In this document: positions 24,001-35,816 of the stretch, piece by piece | Position numbering within the stretch: position 1 is the first letter of the stretch | How the letters are laid out: every line of letters starts with the position of its first letter | Assembly (NCBI RefSeq): GCF_024521635.1 | Contig: NW_026250403.1 | Span: forward strand, 2,294,001-2,358,000 | Reading direction: 5' to 3' | DNA: 64,000 bases | From: Tricharina praecox | Lineage: Eukaryota | Position numbers and translations under genes: made by a program | Notes under the pieces: model-generated | What the model saw: the letters and a program-made list of their open reading frames with translations, nothing else | Database searches by the model: none | What the model was told of the DNA's origin: nothing

Positions 24001-25724
24001 GTCGCCAGCGGCAAAGGGGACAAGAGAACCACGGTAATGCGAACATGCGAGTGTCGACTACGACATGGATTCTCTCCCACTCCAGATATCGATGGGGCGT
24101 AGTTACCGGTATCTAACTGTTGACGTCTGCAGGCTGCGGTTCGAGAAGAATCGGGGGAGGGGATGGAGGGAAGGGGAGTCCTGTCTGCAGGCAGAAGTCC
24201 GATGCAACGCTGCAATGCAGGAGGACGGCGCGGCGGCGACGAAGGGCGGGCATTGATTGGGCCAATGTGAATGTGAACTGATTGAAAGACCGTATCGTCC
24301 ACATCAGATGTCTGTCGGTCAGTCAATCAATCATCTCGTCAGAAGTCTGTCTTTCCTTAAGCCAGATGAGCAACTATTTTCCGTTCGCTAGCTGAGCACT
24401 AACCAGCCCTGAAAGATCTTTGCCCAAGTGCCATTTCACTCTGCACGGGTCGGCCCAAGCAACTACTATTACTCTGGTAAGGACCCGGATACCATACCCA
24501 GGTCCCAGCTCCGTGTCTTCCTACGGTACTCCACCACCTCACGAGGTTATGCTAGCAATTCAACACACATCGGATTCATCCGGTTAGTTGGTGGGCAACT
24601 ACTCTCGCAGCTCGGACCAAGTGACTCGCGCTGCTGGGAATAACTTACGCCGCTTTTTTAAAGCCTGCATAAATATTCAACACCATCGCGTCCACCCCCC
24701 CCCCTCCCCCACTCCCCCGGTCACTCTTTTATTACTACGGCCCCCAGTTCTCCACGCCGTCTGCACTCTGCATCGCCATCTCATCACCACCTCTGTTTTC
24801 TTTTTCTTCTTCTTCTTTTGGTCTATTGAAACGCTCCCATTAACACCCCGCTGCCGGTGCTAACTCTGGCCTGGTTCCCGAGTGCTTACTCCGGTCCTAC
24901 TACTCGTCGTCGTCACATTCCCGTACATAGTTACAGCTCACTGCCTCGTGCATACCATAGATATCATCCCCTCCGCCGTGTGCTGTCCCCGTTGTCCACT
25001 CAAATCGCTATTGTCCACCCTCTGCTGCCTGCAGATTCGAGAGACCTCAGGCTCCCGCACGCACATCTTCCCCCCACTTCACCGGCCTCACTCCTTTCTT
25101 TTCCTCCGTCCATCCATATATATTCCCTTGCATCCCTACCCTCCATAACCCCTCCTTTGGTACCTATATTCGGACCAGTCGCTCTCTCAATGTGTCGCCC
25201 ATCGGCCTGTTAATATCCAACTCGCATTTCGACTTCAATATTACATTCCTCTCACTACCCCTCCTCATTCTCCTCCCTCATACATAGCTCAATCATTCCA
25301 TCGACTCCAGCCGCACGGCCTCCTTCCCACCGCGACACGGAATGCAGCTTGCCAGATATTCGTCTTCCCGCGTGTACTTCAGATCCCATTATCCCACTTC
25401 GCCCGCCCCGTCATCACCATTCGATTGTTGTGTACAGAAACCACCCAGCCGAATATCCGATAGGTCGTTCTGGGCCGAGCCAATCCGGCCAATAACTCCA
25501 GCAGCATCCGTTCGGACCCACCCACGGCAATCCGTACCAGCCCGAGCCTTAAGATCCCGAAAAGTCCAAGGGACTCCTCCCCCTCCATCACCGTCGCCGA
25601 ATCCTCTGCAAAACCGACATTCGAAAGTCGACCGGCTCTTGGGGACCGTGGACGATTGCGTCGTCGGGAGCAACCAGGGTTATTACACGGGGATCGAGGC
25701 GCGCGTCGTAGAACCACCATCATC

Positions 25725-27413
25725 ATGTCGGAGCAAACCGTCACTATTCGTTCCACGGCCGAGTCAGTCTCCCCAAGAGTCATTATACCTGCGGTCACGG
25801 TCGTTGGAGTGTTGGTGCTCATAATAATCGCTGGCGCAGTTTACGCGATCGTTCGAGCACACAAGAGACGACAGCGGCGACGGGGGCAGCGGCTGTCGAG
25901 GGGCGATGAGGAGGCAGGCGGTTTTGATGATAGTGAGGGAGTATGGCGCGAGGGTAATTGGGATAATTACGTGCGGAACGGACGGTTGACCAGAGATTCA
26001 CGCCAGATGAAGGGCATGGTGTTTTCTGGCAGATCCGACACCATCATCAGACAGCCGGAATCGGCCGCAACGAGATCCCCTCGTCCGCCTTCTTGGGATG
26101 CGAGGGATCTCGTCGGCCAGGGCTTCCAGAGGGGCTCCTTGGGAGGAGCGAATCGGGAGGTCAACACTGGACGTGGTTATGAGATCGGCCACATGGCGGA
26201 CGTGTATGATCCTTCGGACGCGAAAGGCGGCAGTGTTCATGTGGCCGAAGTGTCCCTGGGAATTCACCCAGCGTTCCGTACGAGCCCGCCAGGCAGCAGC
26301 AAGATCGAACGCATGACCGGCAGTCGACTATCCAACGGGATGTACGAAGACCGGCCCAGCGGTTCCAGGGAAGGGTCTAATTCGGGGAGCTCGGGCCTGA
26401 GCTATCCCCAGCTCAACATCAACATTCCATCCACCCTTCCAGATCTCAACACGGATATCTCGCCCACAACGACCATTTGGTCCCAATTTTCCCCCCACAG
26501 TGCTGGCGGCCTCGGTGGTACACAGTTGGCTCCGCCTCCCGCGACCGCAGCTTACCCTAATATTACGGCGTTGGCGAAGGTTTCCGGATCACGGTCGTCG
26601 ATTCAAACCACATCCTTCTACATCAGGGATCAGAGTATCTCGGAACATGTAGCAACACAGTTCGCCCCGGCCAGACGCGAGAGTCGGCGTGAGAGATCGA
26701 GTGCGGCATACAGCGGTTCGAGTCATATGCGGAGGAACTCTTCGACCAGGACCAGAAAGCTAGTGCCGCCACTTTCGGCCGCATTCGGTGGCTTCACGGG
26801 CCTGACTCGGTACGATTCCAAGGCATCTCGTGCATCCCGAGCGTCGTCAATCTCGACGTTCAGACACGGAACACTCGAAGAGGAGGAGGAGAATGAGAAC
26901 GTACCGCCGCTACCTTCGCCTACGCCGAAGCAACGGCGCTCGTGGAGTGGCCGCTCGGTCCTTCTCCTGGACGAGTTCCCTAAGAAATCCGCACAGACCA
27001 CTGCTACGCCCCTTTCCGGGAGCCCCCGCATCGGTAGTTACCTGGGATCCTCGATCCCAGAAGCCGATGGAGGGGAAGACCTGCGGAGGACGACGTCGGC
27101 CTCCAAAGTCTCAATCTCGTCAATGCCTTCGTCGGTGTCTTCGTTCAACACCATGTACGCCGCTGGTGGACTATCTCCAACGCCCGCGCCACGGCTGATG
27201 CAGCTCTCGCCCTCGGACCGCGGCAGAAGCCCCGTCAGCGACACGCGGTCGAACAAGTCCACGATCGACCTGGAGATGGAGACGAGGACCAGAAACTGGG
27301 CGAGGGAGCGTGCGGAGGGATACGAGCAGAAGAAGGCGAGGAGGAAGCGAGAGGACGAAGAAGACGATGAGCACCACCAACACCCGGCTAGGTCGAGCTT
27401 TGGATTCTTGTGA
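25725..27413 (+). CDS. Single-pass membrane protein: tiny N-terminal ectodomain, long Ser/Arg/Pro-rich disordered cytoplasmic tail
   Basis: ATG 25725 in good context (ATCATG). TM segment VIIPAVTVVGVLVLIIIAGAVYAIV is followed by a basic stop-transfer RAHKRRQRRR. Intronless ORF of ~560 aa. Confidence 0.82.
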   Translation: MSEQTVTIRSTAESVSPRVIIPAVTVVGVLVLIIIAGAVYAIVRAHKRRQRRRGQRLSRGDEEAGGFDDSEGVWREGNWDNYVRNGRLTRDSRQMKGMVFSGRSDTIIRQPESAATRSPRPPSWDARDLVGQGFQRGSLGGANREVNTGRGYEIGHMADVYDPSDAKGGSVHVAEVSLGIHPAFRTSPPGSSKIERMTGSRLSNGMYEDRPSGSREGSNSGSSGLSYPQLNINIPSTLPDLNTDISPTTTIWSQFSPHSAGGLGGTQLAPPPATAAYPNITALAKVSGSRSSIQTTSFYIRDQSISEHVATQFAPARRESRRERSSAAYSGSSHMRRNSSTRTRKLVPPLSAAFGGFTGLTRYDSKASRASRASSISTFRHGTLEEEEENENVPPLPSPTPKQRRSWSGRSVLLLDEFPKKSAQTTATPLSGSPRIGSYLGSSIPEADGGEDLRRTTSASKVSISSMPSSVSSFNTMYAAGGLSPTPAPRLMQLSPSDRGRSPVSDTRSNKSTIDLEMETRTRNWARERAEGYEQKKARRKREDEEDDEHHQHPARSSFGFL

Positions 27414-28967
27414 TTGAAGCTACATACATACCTATTACTAGGGACGGTTGATGATACGATGATGGACTCTGGAGAGGTTTTTTTTTGCTTTTTTAGTTGA
27501 CTGTTTTGTTTTATGTTTCGGAGCGTGTCTGCATCTACTGCATTGTTTTTTTCCTAATCCTCTGTCGAACGGGTTACTGAGCTACGTTCGGCGCATCTGC
27601 ATTTACATGTTTCATTACTGGAGTGGGCTGTGGGCGGTGTTGGGACGGGGTGGGGTCGGGTCGGCGGTATGTTTGCAAATACTGTGCGGTAATCTCTTTT
27701 GTTTATTGTGGCTTTGCTGTCTACGGACTGACTGACCACCCCTATCCCCCGATCTCTATCTCTATATCCTTCTACATCTCTCTCTCTGTTTTTTCTTTTA
27801 TCTTTCTTTTGTCATTGCATCTGGACGGTGGTGGGGGTGGGAGTGGGGGGGGGGAGGGGGGGGCATTTTGTTTTTTGGCTATGGCTATGGCGCAGATTTA
27901 TAGATAGATATTGGGACTGGTGTAATAGTATTGATTGATTGATTGATTGAATCAACTCGAATGGAAGAGTTCTTCTTTGTGTGAAGCCGTCTTTGGTCCG
28001 ACACGGTGGTACGGTACAGACGAAAAGTGAAACTTGAAAGTGAGTCCGTGGAATGAGGACTGTGGACTGCGGACTCTGGCTGGTTATTGGTCACTCGAGT
28101 CGGGAATCAGGATGCAACCAGTCGATACGGGTTTCTAAATTAACAGACGGGGAGGGGGGTTCTCGGACGTCCGTGCTGGGGGGGTCTCGGGGAGTCTCAG
28201 CCGGTGCACACTACGAGTATACATGGTGAAGTAAAGATTTTGCGGACCGTACGAAATGATGCAGTGACCCAAGGATGGCAATCATCCCAGGACCACTAGG
28301 TGGTACACTTCCAGCAGCCCAGCACCACGATCCCGATTCCGGTCCCTGCAGATCCCGGAACAAAGATATGCGAAGATGCAGCCGCCGGCACGGGGTGGGG
28401 TTCCGAAGGCCTGACTCGGGTGACTACCGGTATGTACCTCCCGCACGGCAAATCACGACCAATGATCCGGCCAATGATCCGGCTAGGTACAGACAGGGTA
28501 CGGGCCTCTCCCGGTATCATACCGGAAGCGAGCCGATACCGTAACGGCACGACCCCGGAGTCCGCGCCGAACCGGACGTCTTGACAGCAGGTACGGTGCG
28601 GTACCGGGCTGTACGGACAATCACAGCTCGTGACTCGGTCTAATATGGAGAGTACCTACTCGAGTACCTACTCTAGAGTGGTGGGCCCGTCCAAAGTCCA
28701 CGCACGCCTGCCAGCGCGGATCCTGCCAACGGAGGGTGCTTGCGTGGAGTCGAGCTGGGCCGGGCGGGATGTAGACTACAGACGGGACTGTAAACGGGAT
28801 AAATGGTGTGTGTCCATTGCCTACTTACCTACCGGTATGTATGGTTTTGTAGGTCGTACTTAACAGTGGACAAAACGCAATGCCTTCTCCTAGAGACCAA
28901 GGCAGCGTCTCATCGCAACACTACAGTGCAATACCTCCCCTCTCTCAGGCTGGGAGGAAAAAGACAA

Positions 28968-29053
28968 TCCCTCCGACCAGAGTCGAACTGGTGACCAACG
29001 GATGACAACTTTGCGATTACAGTCCGGTGTGATACCAACTACACCACAGAGGG
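28968..29053 (-). tRNA. tRNA-Tyr(GTA) with 13-nt intron (TCGCAAAGTTGTC), copy 1
   Basis: Cloverleaf with CCCTCTG/CGGAGGG acceptor stem, C1:G72 and A73 (eukaryotic Tyr identity), A box TGGTGTAGTTGG, anticodon loop CT-GTA-A, intron after position 37, B box GTTCGACTC and a downstream T run. Confidence 0.96.
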
Positions 29054-29673
29054 TTTGCATGAGAATATTATAGTGTCATATCGGATATATTTGGGTAGCT
29101 GTGCGCTTCATTATTTCAGCTTTCCGCGGTCTGGACTGTCTGGTCGACGGTGAATAGTGGATGCTCGTGCAGTCCTTTGACAGTTTCACCAGAAGCACGG
29201 CTCAACGTACTGACATTCTGGTCTAAATATCGTACAACAATGCACAGGTCGCTGAATGAATCATGAAACACCATCTCGAACCCTCAGACTCCAGCGGCAT
29301 TAGAATTTAGAATTCAACAACTAGATATTTCCATTGCTTCCTACTTGGCACCTGACGGTATGCCTAGGTACTCTGCTATTTATCCGAAAGAAGAAAAACA
29401 GCAACCTCAAACTGATAGATGAATCGAAACGGTAGGTACGATAAACAACAAAGAAAAAAACGCCAAACTAGAAGCCCAACTAGAAGCCAACCAAATCCCC
29501 GCTTGCAAAAGAAAGAAAGAAAAGTAAAGAAACTGGCTGCGAAAATGGAGAGTCGAGAGTGATAAACAGGCCCAAGCAAAAGCAAAAAACAAAAAACAAA
29601 AACAAGAGAAAAGATCAACGCCATTTTGTCCACCATAATCAGGGCACCCCGCTCGCTGTCGAAACCAGTCCCC

Positions 29674-31398
29674 CTAGTTGTTCCCTCCACCGTTCCACGC
29701 TTCTCCACGACCCACGGTCCACCGTCTCTTGCACGGTCGATCCCACTCCCTAGCGGCCCAGAGCCCACCAGAAGTGGGCACCTCTGCGCCCCCGTCTAGC
29801 GTCGCACCACTCCGCTCGACGGGAACGTGGGCCTCGGCCTCGATTTGGGCCTCAATCTCGGCCTCCTTCTCCTTGACCGTGAAAGCTTTGAGACTATCGA
29901 TCACGGCTTCCTCTTCAACACCCTCTCCGACCCACCCACGACTCTTGGGTCTCGCGCGATCCTCGGGACGCGGCATGGTCCAGAGTCCAGTCGGCCGCGT
30001 TCCGGTGCCTTGGCTCACACTGCGATGGGTCTTGAGACAGCCCATCGAGCCGGCGGAGACTCCGCTGCTGGAGAGGACGAAGGCACCTAGGCCGGAAGGA
30101 TTGCGGGATCGCGGTTTGAGGAACGGCGATATCGGTTTCAGGAACGGCGATATCGGCGGTGTCGAGGAGTTGCTACCGCCAACAGGCCGCAGATGTTCCG
30201 TGTTTGCCGCGAGCTTCAGGTCGTAGGTGAAGGGGGGATGCGGCACCTCATCCGATTTTAGTGAAAGTTGGGGTGGGGGCGGTGTCGGGGATAGGACTCC
30301 CATCGTCACCGAGCAGATGCCGATATCAATGAGGACCGGTTTATCCGTGATCGCCCCCAGTAGAGCATTGCAGCCAGCACCATGGGTGACAATAATCACA
30401 ACCGTGTCGATATCGTCCTCGCTCTCCTCCGAGTCGGAGTCGGAGAGTGGGGGTGTGGGATTACCACACTGCATGCCGTGTGTTCTCTGCTCTCTGTCCT
30501 TTATCGCGACGCGCTTCTTCAGCTGTGAAGTGGTGGTGGAAGTCGCCACGCTCGGCTTCTCGTTGTGGTAGTAGGTCAACATCCGTTTCCACCCGTTGCG
30601 GAACCGTTTGTGCATCGCACTCCACTCCTCGCCCAATTCCGCGCCCTGTCCCAATTTCGACGAGTCCCAGGCGTAGTCGAATTCCACGTACTCCTTCGCT
30701 TGCGAGACGTATCCCCTCGGAATCGGTCCACTGGAAGAAGCCGCATACGACGGCGATGGCGGTATGAACCCGCCCGTGAGCGATGTCGGCAATGAAATAT
30801 CAGCGGCCGTCAGATGTGGTGACTTGGTGATGTTCAGCGGGATTGACACGGGGGCACGCATGTATTCGTTCCTCGCGGTGCCCACCATGAGCTGCGGTGC
30901 CGGCGGCGGTGCGATATCGGTGTAGTAGTCCATCGTCATCCACTCACCCAGCCAGGCATCAAGTCGTAGCACCGGTCTCGTGAAGCGCTCGGGATCAGCT
31001 AGAGAATCCTTGAATACCAGGTGACCATTCTCGTCGCTACTCCACTGAGCTTCAGTCAGTTGCTGATGATGGTGCTGCGCTAGCCCCGAGGCAATGGAGA
31101 CAGAGGTTTGTATACATCGCAAGAAGGGCGAACTGTGGATGACGATACGCGTTCGCTTCTTTTTCGTGTGGGGAGTCGTCGAAGTCGCTGATTGGGGTTT
31201 TTCGTCGGCTTGGAGGAGCGAAGCGATGCGGATTCCTAGATTACGAGCCTGTATCCACCCGCCATAGGCCAAGGGCGTGTCGTACGGCGTCGGCGAGGAC
31301 TGGGACCAGTCTTTGTCCGCCTGGTCGAGACGGGCACCATGGCGGATGACGAAGATACGGGAGGGTGCCGACGTAGACGGAGTAGTAGTGCCAGGCAT
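29674..31398 (-). CDS. Histidine phosphatase / phosphoglycerate-mutase-family protein
   Basis: 574-aa intronless ORF with IFVIRHGARLD, YDTPL, HSSPFLRCIQT, LDAWLGEW and IIVTHGAGCNALLG motifs. Confidence 0.9.
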   Translation of the reverse strand: MPGTTTPSTSAPSRIFVIRHGARLDQADKDWSQSSPTPYDTPLAYGGWIQARNLGIRIASLLQADEKPQSATSTTPHTKKKRTRIVIHSSPFLRCIQTSVSIASGLAQHHHQQLTEAQWSSDENGHLVFKDSLADPERFTRPVLRLDAWLGEWMTMDYYTDIAPPPAPQLMVGTARNEYMRAPVSIPLNITKSPHLTAADISLPTSLTGGFIPPSPSYAASSSGPIPRGYVSQAKEYVEFDYAWDSSKLGQGAELGEEWSAMHKRFRNGWKRMLTYYHNEKPSVATSTTTSQLKKRVAIKDREQRTHGMQCGNPTPPLSDSDSEESEDDIDTVVIIVTHGAGCNALLGAITDKPVLIDIGICSVTMGVLSPTPPPPQLSLKSDEVPHPPFTYDLKLAANTEHLRPVGGSNSSTPPISPFLKPISPFLKPRSRNPSGLGAFVLSSSGVSAGSMGCLKTHRSVSQGTGTRPTGLWTMPRPEDRARPKSRGWVGEGVEEEAVIDSLKAFTVKEKEAEIEAQIEAEAHVPVERSGATLDGGAEVPTSGGLWAAREWDRPCKRRWTVGRGEAWNGGGNN

Positions 31399-33071
31399 AA
31401 GTAGAGAACTTTAGCAGTAAAGCAAGATCAAAGTTTTGAAGGGGGCGTGCAATGCGGACTATCTGGGTGGGGGAGCAGAGCAGACGGGCGGGAAGCGTGC
31501 GACTATATGTATGTCTCGGTGGTCTGTTTTTTAAAGTTGCCTTCCGTGTGGTGGCTTGAAGGAGGGAGATTTCGATCAAGTTGCACTCGTGAGTGGAGTG
31601 GGGAGAGAGATCGAATGAAGGTCCACACACACACTTCGCGTCAATATCCAAAACCACCGACGTCTGACCCCGGCCGGCCTGTGTGTAATACAGACGTTTT
31701 TTCTAACAGGGCCTTTCTTCCGTTTCCGTGTGTTCCCCGCGAATGGGAAGGAGGGTCGCGGTGGCCGGGTCGCAATCTAATCCACTGCTGCGGATCGAAC
31801 GAGGCCCGCAGTGTTGCTCACGCGGCGGGAGAGATTGATATGACGGGTATATGTAATACGCTGCTGGTATGTGTCTATGTAATGCTTTACGTGGACTGGG
31901 GGGCCGCGGAGGAAGTGCGATGCGAAACGTAACCTGGGACTGGAGATGGACGGATATAAGAGCGTCGATCCGATCAAGGGAGCAGTTTGGCAGAGAGGTG
32001 TGGGGAAAAGCAGGAAAGAAGAATCTGGAAGAAGCGGCAACAGGAGAGGGAGGAGGAGGAAGAAGAAGGAAGAAGGACAATGAGGTTGATGGGAGTGTGA
32101 CTGATTTGTTTTTCCTGCCCCAGTGCCCGCGAGGAAGAGGTAGGTACACACACATACATCTGGCGGCACTAAACAAGAAAGCGACACCCACGGCGTCGGA
32201 TGTTGTTCTACAAAATCAAGGCGAAACGCCGGCAGAATGTTGGCTTTTTGCTGTCACAGTTGTCAGCAGAGTGCAAAATCGAGTGCAGGAAGAGGGCGTC
32301 GTCCCTCCCCCCTCTTCCTCAGAGCCATACCCCGCCATCTAGTCATGATTTCAATCGTCGTGTTTGTTGCATGTGGGGTGGAGTTGGGTGAGGGCCAGTA
32401 GGAATCTCACGATGCCTATCCAAACTCACATTCATCCGTGCCCTGTCCCCTCCAAGCTGCAGCCTCCTGCATCTCTGCCACTCTCGACGCACAGACGGTA
32501 CTTTACTTTTATCCCACTCGATTTAAATTGCACCCACTCGATCCAACAGCTGGTAACCATCTGTGTTCTCTACCGTGGAGCTTACACATGCACGTATCAA
32601 AGGGCCCCTTCAGGCCAGATTCTGCCGTCTCTCGTTCCTCGGCCGGGAGTGTGGGATTTGGGTTTGCCGACGTCGCTGACGAAGGAAATGGACCACAGAT
32701 ACATCACTAGTGCATCCGTCAACCCAGCCTTAACTCCGGCCGGAGGGCTAGACCACCTCCCTGGCCCGCGCGCCTGTCAGCTTCGTAACTCTCACTTACA
32801 GAGCTACGGCACCAACTTTATCGCCGGTGTTCGACGTCGGTCTTCTGTGCACCGTAGAACAAACAGGCAGAGGAGCCTGGAGGAGGCAATGAAAAAATAA
32901 TCCACGGATCAGCCGCCGGCAATATTAGTGGCGAGATGATGTCACGGTTATTGAGGTGGTAGGTGGCGGTGGGCGATAACTTTGATAAGAACACTTCTGG
33001 TGATCGGTTATATACGCACACGCACGCGACCAGGCAAAAAGGATATTGAGGCTGAAAGCAACAAAACAAAG

Positions 33072-33157
33072 TCCCTCCGACTAGAGTCGAACTGGTGACC
33101 AACGGATGACAACTTTGCAATTACAGTCCGGTGTGATACCAACTACACCACAGAGGG
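33072..33157 (-). tRNA. tRNA-Tyr(GTA) with 13-nt intron (TTGCAAAGTTGTC), copy 2; carries a G63A change in the T-stem
   Basis: Same cloverleaf as copy 1, except that the T-stem reads ACCAG/CTAGT. Confidence 0.93.
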
Positions 33158-33648
33158 TACTTGATGCTTAGCGCATTAAACACAACAACAAAAGAGACAA
33201 AAACTGTACTGAGATGGAAATGGACGGCGAGGTAAACACAACAGCAGACTTCCACAAACATTCGGAGTGCTGCCGGCCGCAGTCGGCGGAGCTCGGTCCC
33301 GACGGCTCCCACTCTATCCCGAAGGCCGAGAGGCACGGCGGAATCGAAGCGTCGGAATAGACAGGGCGAGTAATTATTGCTCAACTCATTCACAGGGACA
33401 AAGACATGCGACATCACACATTTGTATTCGCTAGATCTATCCAATCGTCTGGGGAATCTAGTTTGCTTAAGCGGGTATACAAGATCCAACTCCTCTCCTT
33501 CAAGCATATGAAACGACAAAAGAAGCAATGCAGCAAGTACTGGTACATAACAAAAAGAACAGAAAGCATTTCTCCCTCCGATGTGCCCTTCTAAGCCACC
33601 CTCCTCTCCCTCTCTCTATCCCCATCTCTCCCACCTCCTCTCGCCCGC

Positions 33649-34640
33649 TCAGAAAACCTTATCCCATGCTTTGTACGTCAACTCCAACCCAACGAACGTC
33701 GCCGCATTTGCCGGGAAACTCCTCAGCATCGCCGGCCCAACACCAGGGAAGAATCCCTTGATTCCGCCCTTGGCATAGACGTCCCTGACGACCTTTCCAA
33801 CACTAGTCTTCTCCGTAGCTCCTTGTAGTCTGCTCTTAACCGTGTCGACGGGGAACACCAGCAGCCACATGGAGACACCGGCGGCACCACCGGCGAACGA
33901 TACCGCACCCAGACTGAGCTCTCCATTCTCAGGGCTCAGCCGTCGCTTGAGGTACTCGTAGGTGGCGAAGTACGCGGCGGATCCAGGTCCGTCACGAGCC
34001 AGCGTTGCCCCAGCGCCACGGAAGACGTTCGCAACACCTCCGGTCTTGTAGAGCTGCCGCACGACGTCGGTCGACGACTTGTACTTCGGCGGGCCCTTCT
34101 GCTGTCCCTGCAGCTGCAACATGATCTTTACCCGCTCGAACGGCGCCGTGATGAGCGTCATCGGGATTGCCGAGAAAAATCCGGCGGCCGAGATCTGCGC
34201 GATCGAGAAGCCCGTCCTCTCGTCCACGGCCGACACCTGCCGCACAAGGTCCTTGCCGACCCCGTAGCCCCAGAATGATACCGCGAACATCGGCGTTACT
34301 CCGATCAGCGGCGCGGAAACTCCGGCGTACATACCCTACGAAGAACACTCGCGTCAGAGGTAGGGAACAGAATGTGGGTGGGTAGAAGAAACAGGGACCA
34401 TACCCGCACCAACCCCTCGCGCGCAATCGTCCTCTTGACCACATCCAGAGCTCCTGTGTAAACTCCCTTCTCGGCCGTCTGTAGTCGCACCTTGACGAGG
34501 TCGAAGGGATGTCCTGTAACTACCGCGCAGACACCTCCGACACCGCCGGCGACGAACGAACGTGCCTGTGTTGCCAGGGCGGACTTTGCTACTGTTGCCT
34601 CCTCCTTGACGACGGCCTTGACCTCCTCCTTAGTCGACAT
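33649..34640 (-). CDS. CRC1: Mitochondrial carnitine/acylcarnitine carrier, 2 exons (intron 34336-34403)
   Basis: Three carrier signatures (GHPFDLVKVRLQ, APFERVKIMLQ, FPVDTVKSRLQ) plus CAC-type motifs GVTPMFAVSFWGY, ARDGPGSAAYF and RSFPANAATF. Confidence 0.93.
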
Positions 34641-34937
34641 TGCACGGCGTGTTGTAGGTGTAGATGTACGTGAAGGTGAAGGTGAAGGTGAAGGTGTAGG
34701 AGTATAGGTAGGCACAGGCGGGATATGCTATCTCAAGAGCTTAGGAAAAAAAACAGTCGGACCAAAAGCGACGATGTTCACACGGAGGACGGAGGAGGAT
34801 ACAGGACAGAAGAAGACACGAGGAGGAAGGAAAGAAATTACCGCTCTGCAATCAAGCAAGGAATGAATCGCACACAACCGTCTCGGCCCAGCAACAACGA
34901 CGCCATCCCATCCAGCCTGCATGACCCTCCCTCTGAA

Positions 34938-34943
34938 CCGAGG
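34938..34943. promoter_or_regulatory. Candidate FarA/Ctf1-type fatty-acid response element (CCGAGG = CCTCGG)
   Basis: Single hexamer ~300 bp upstream of the carnitine-carrier ATG. It fits known FarA control of fatty-acid utilisation genes in Aspergillus, but one hexamer could be chance. Confidence 0.4.
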
Positions 34944-35574
34944 TCCAACGCTCATCCTTTCCCGTTGCGCTCGCTAGCGCACGTGATTGCGGGGCAACGC
35001 CATCGCACCCCGCGATTTCCATCGGCCTAAGGGAGAACCCCATGGGCGCCCCATGGGCGAAAGGACGGCCCGGCCGGGCCTGCGCTGTCGCGCTGCCGCC
35101 GCGCCCAGCTATGTATGTACATGGCTAGCGGGCGCGCGACGTGCAACTTGCGACTTGCGATGCGACGAGACTGCGGGGAAAGCTGGAGCTTCGTGGGCAA
35201 GGTACGTAACCGTCTGGTGATGGTTTGCGCGCTCGCTCGATGGGATTACTGTCGGGGGTGAGGTCCAGGTACCACCGTCGATGCGCAGCTTCTTTGACGG
35301 CTCGCGTATGATGGCATCGTATGTTCATACGTTTTTCCGTTCACCCGGAGAGCCAGCAGCTGTAGTGGAGCTGCCAAGGTGCGGATCTGCGGGTTGATCG
35401 GGCGTGGCAACTATGCTCCATCACATGCCATACTGGAAAGTACCGGTAGAGTGGAACATCTAGTGCGGAAACTGGGCTGCCTTTTGAAGCTTGTGGACGA
35501 TTAACACTTGCACGGCACAGGCTGTCACTATAATACATTTCATAAATGCATGATTTCGGCTCTGCATTCATGAA

Positions 35575-35660
35575 CCCTCTGTGGTGTAGTTGGTATCACA
35601 CCGGACTGTAATTTCAAAGTTGTCATCCGTTGGTCACCAGTTCGACTCTGGTCGGAGGGA
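35575..35660 (+). tRNA. tRNA-Tyr(GTA) with 13-nt intron (TTTCAAAGTTGTC), copy 3
   Basis: Mature sequence identical to copy 1; T6 Pol III terminator at ~35666-35671. Confidence 0.96.
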
Positions 35661-35816
35661 CTTGATTTTTTGCCCTCATACAGCCCTGAGCCCGCCCCGT
35701 CACAGCTCTACCTACCTATATGTTTACCTTTGCCGGCCTACCGCAAGCTGGCCAGTTTCCAACTGTGTTCCCCCGATGTTGTGTACTTTCTATCCCCCTC
35801 TAAAACATTTTGCACC

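Noticed and set aside
16500..24600. Many 60-230-aa ORFs in the gene desert
   Set aside because: Low-complexity translations of microsatellites, often with non-ATG starts and no coherent exon chain or codon bias.
35612..35624. TTCAA inside the tRNA copy 3 intron as an alternative (UCA, Sec/suppressor) anticodon
   Set aside because: The canonical Tyr fold with the intron after position 37 explains the sequence. The triplet is not shared by the other copies and there is no long Sec-type variable arm.
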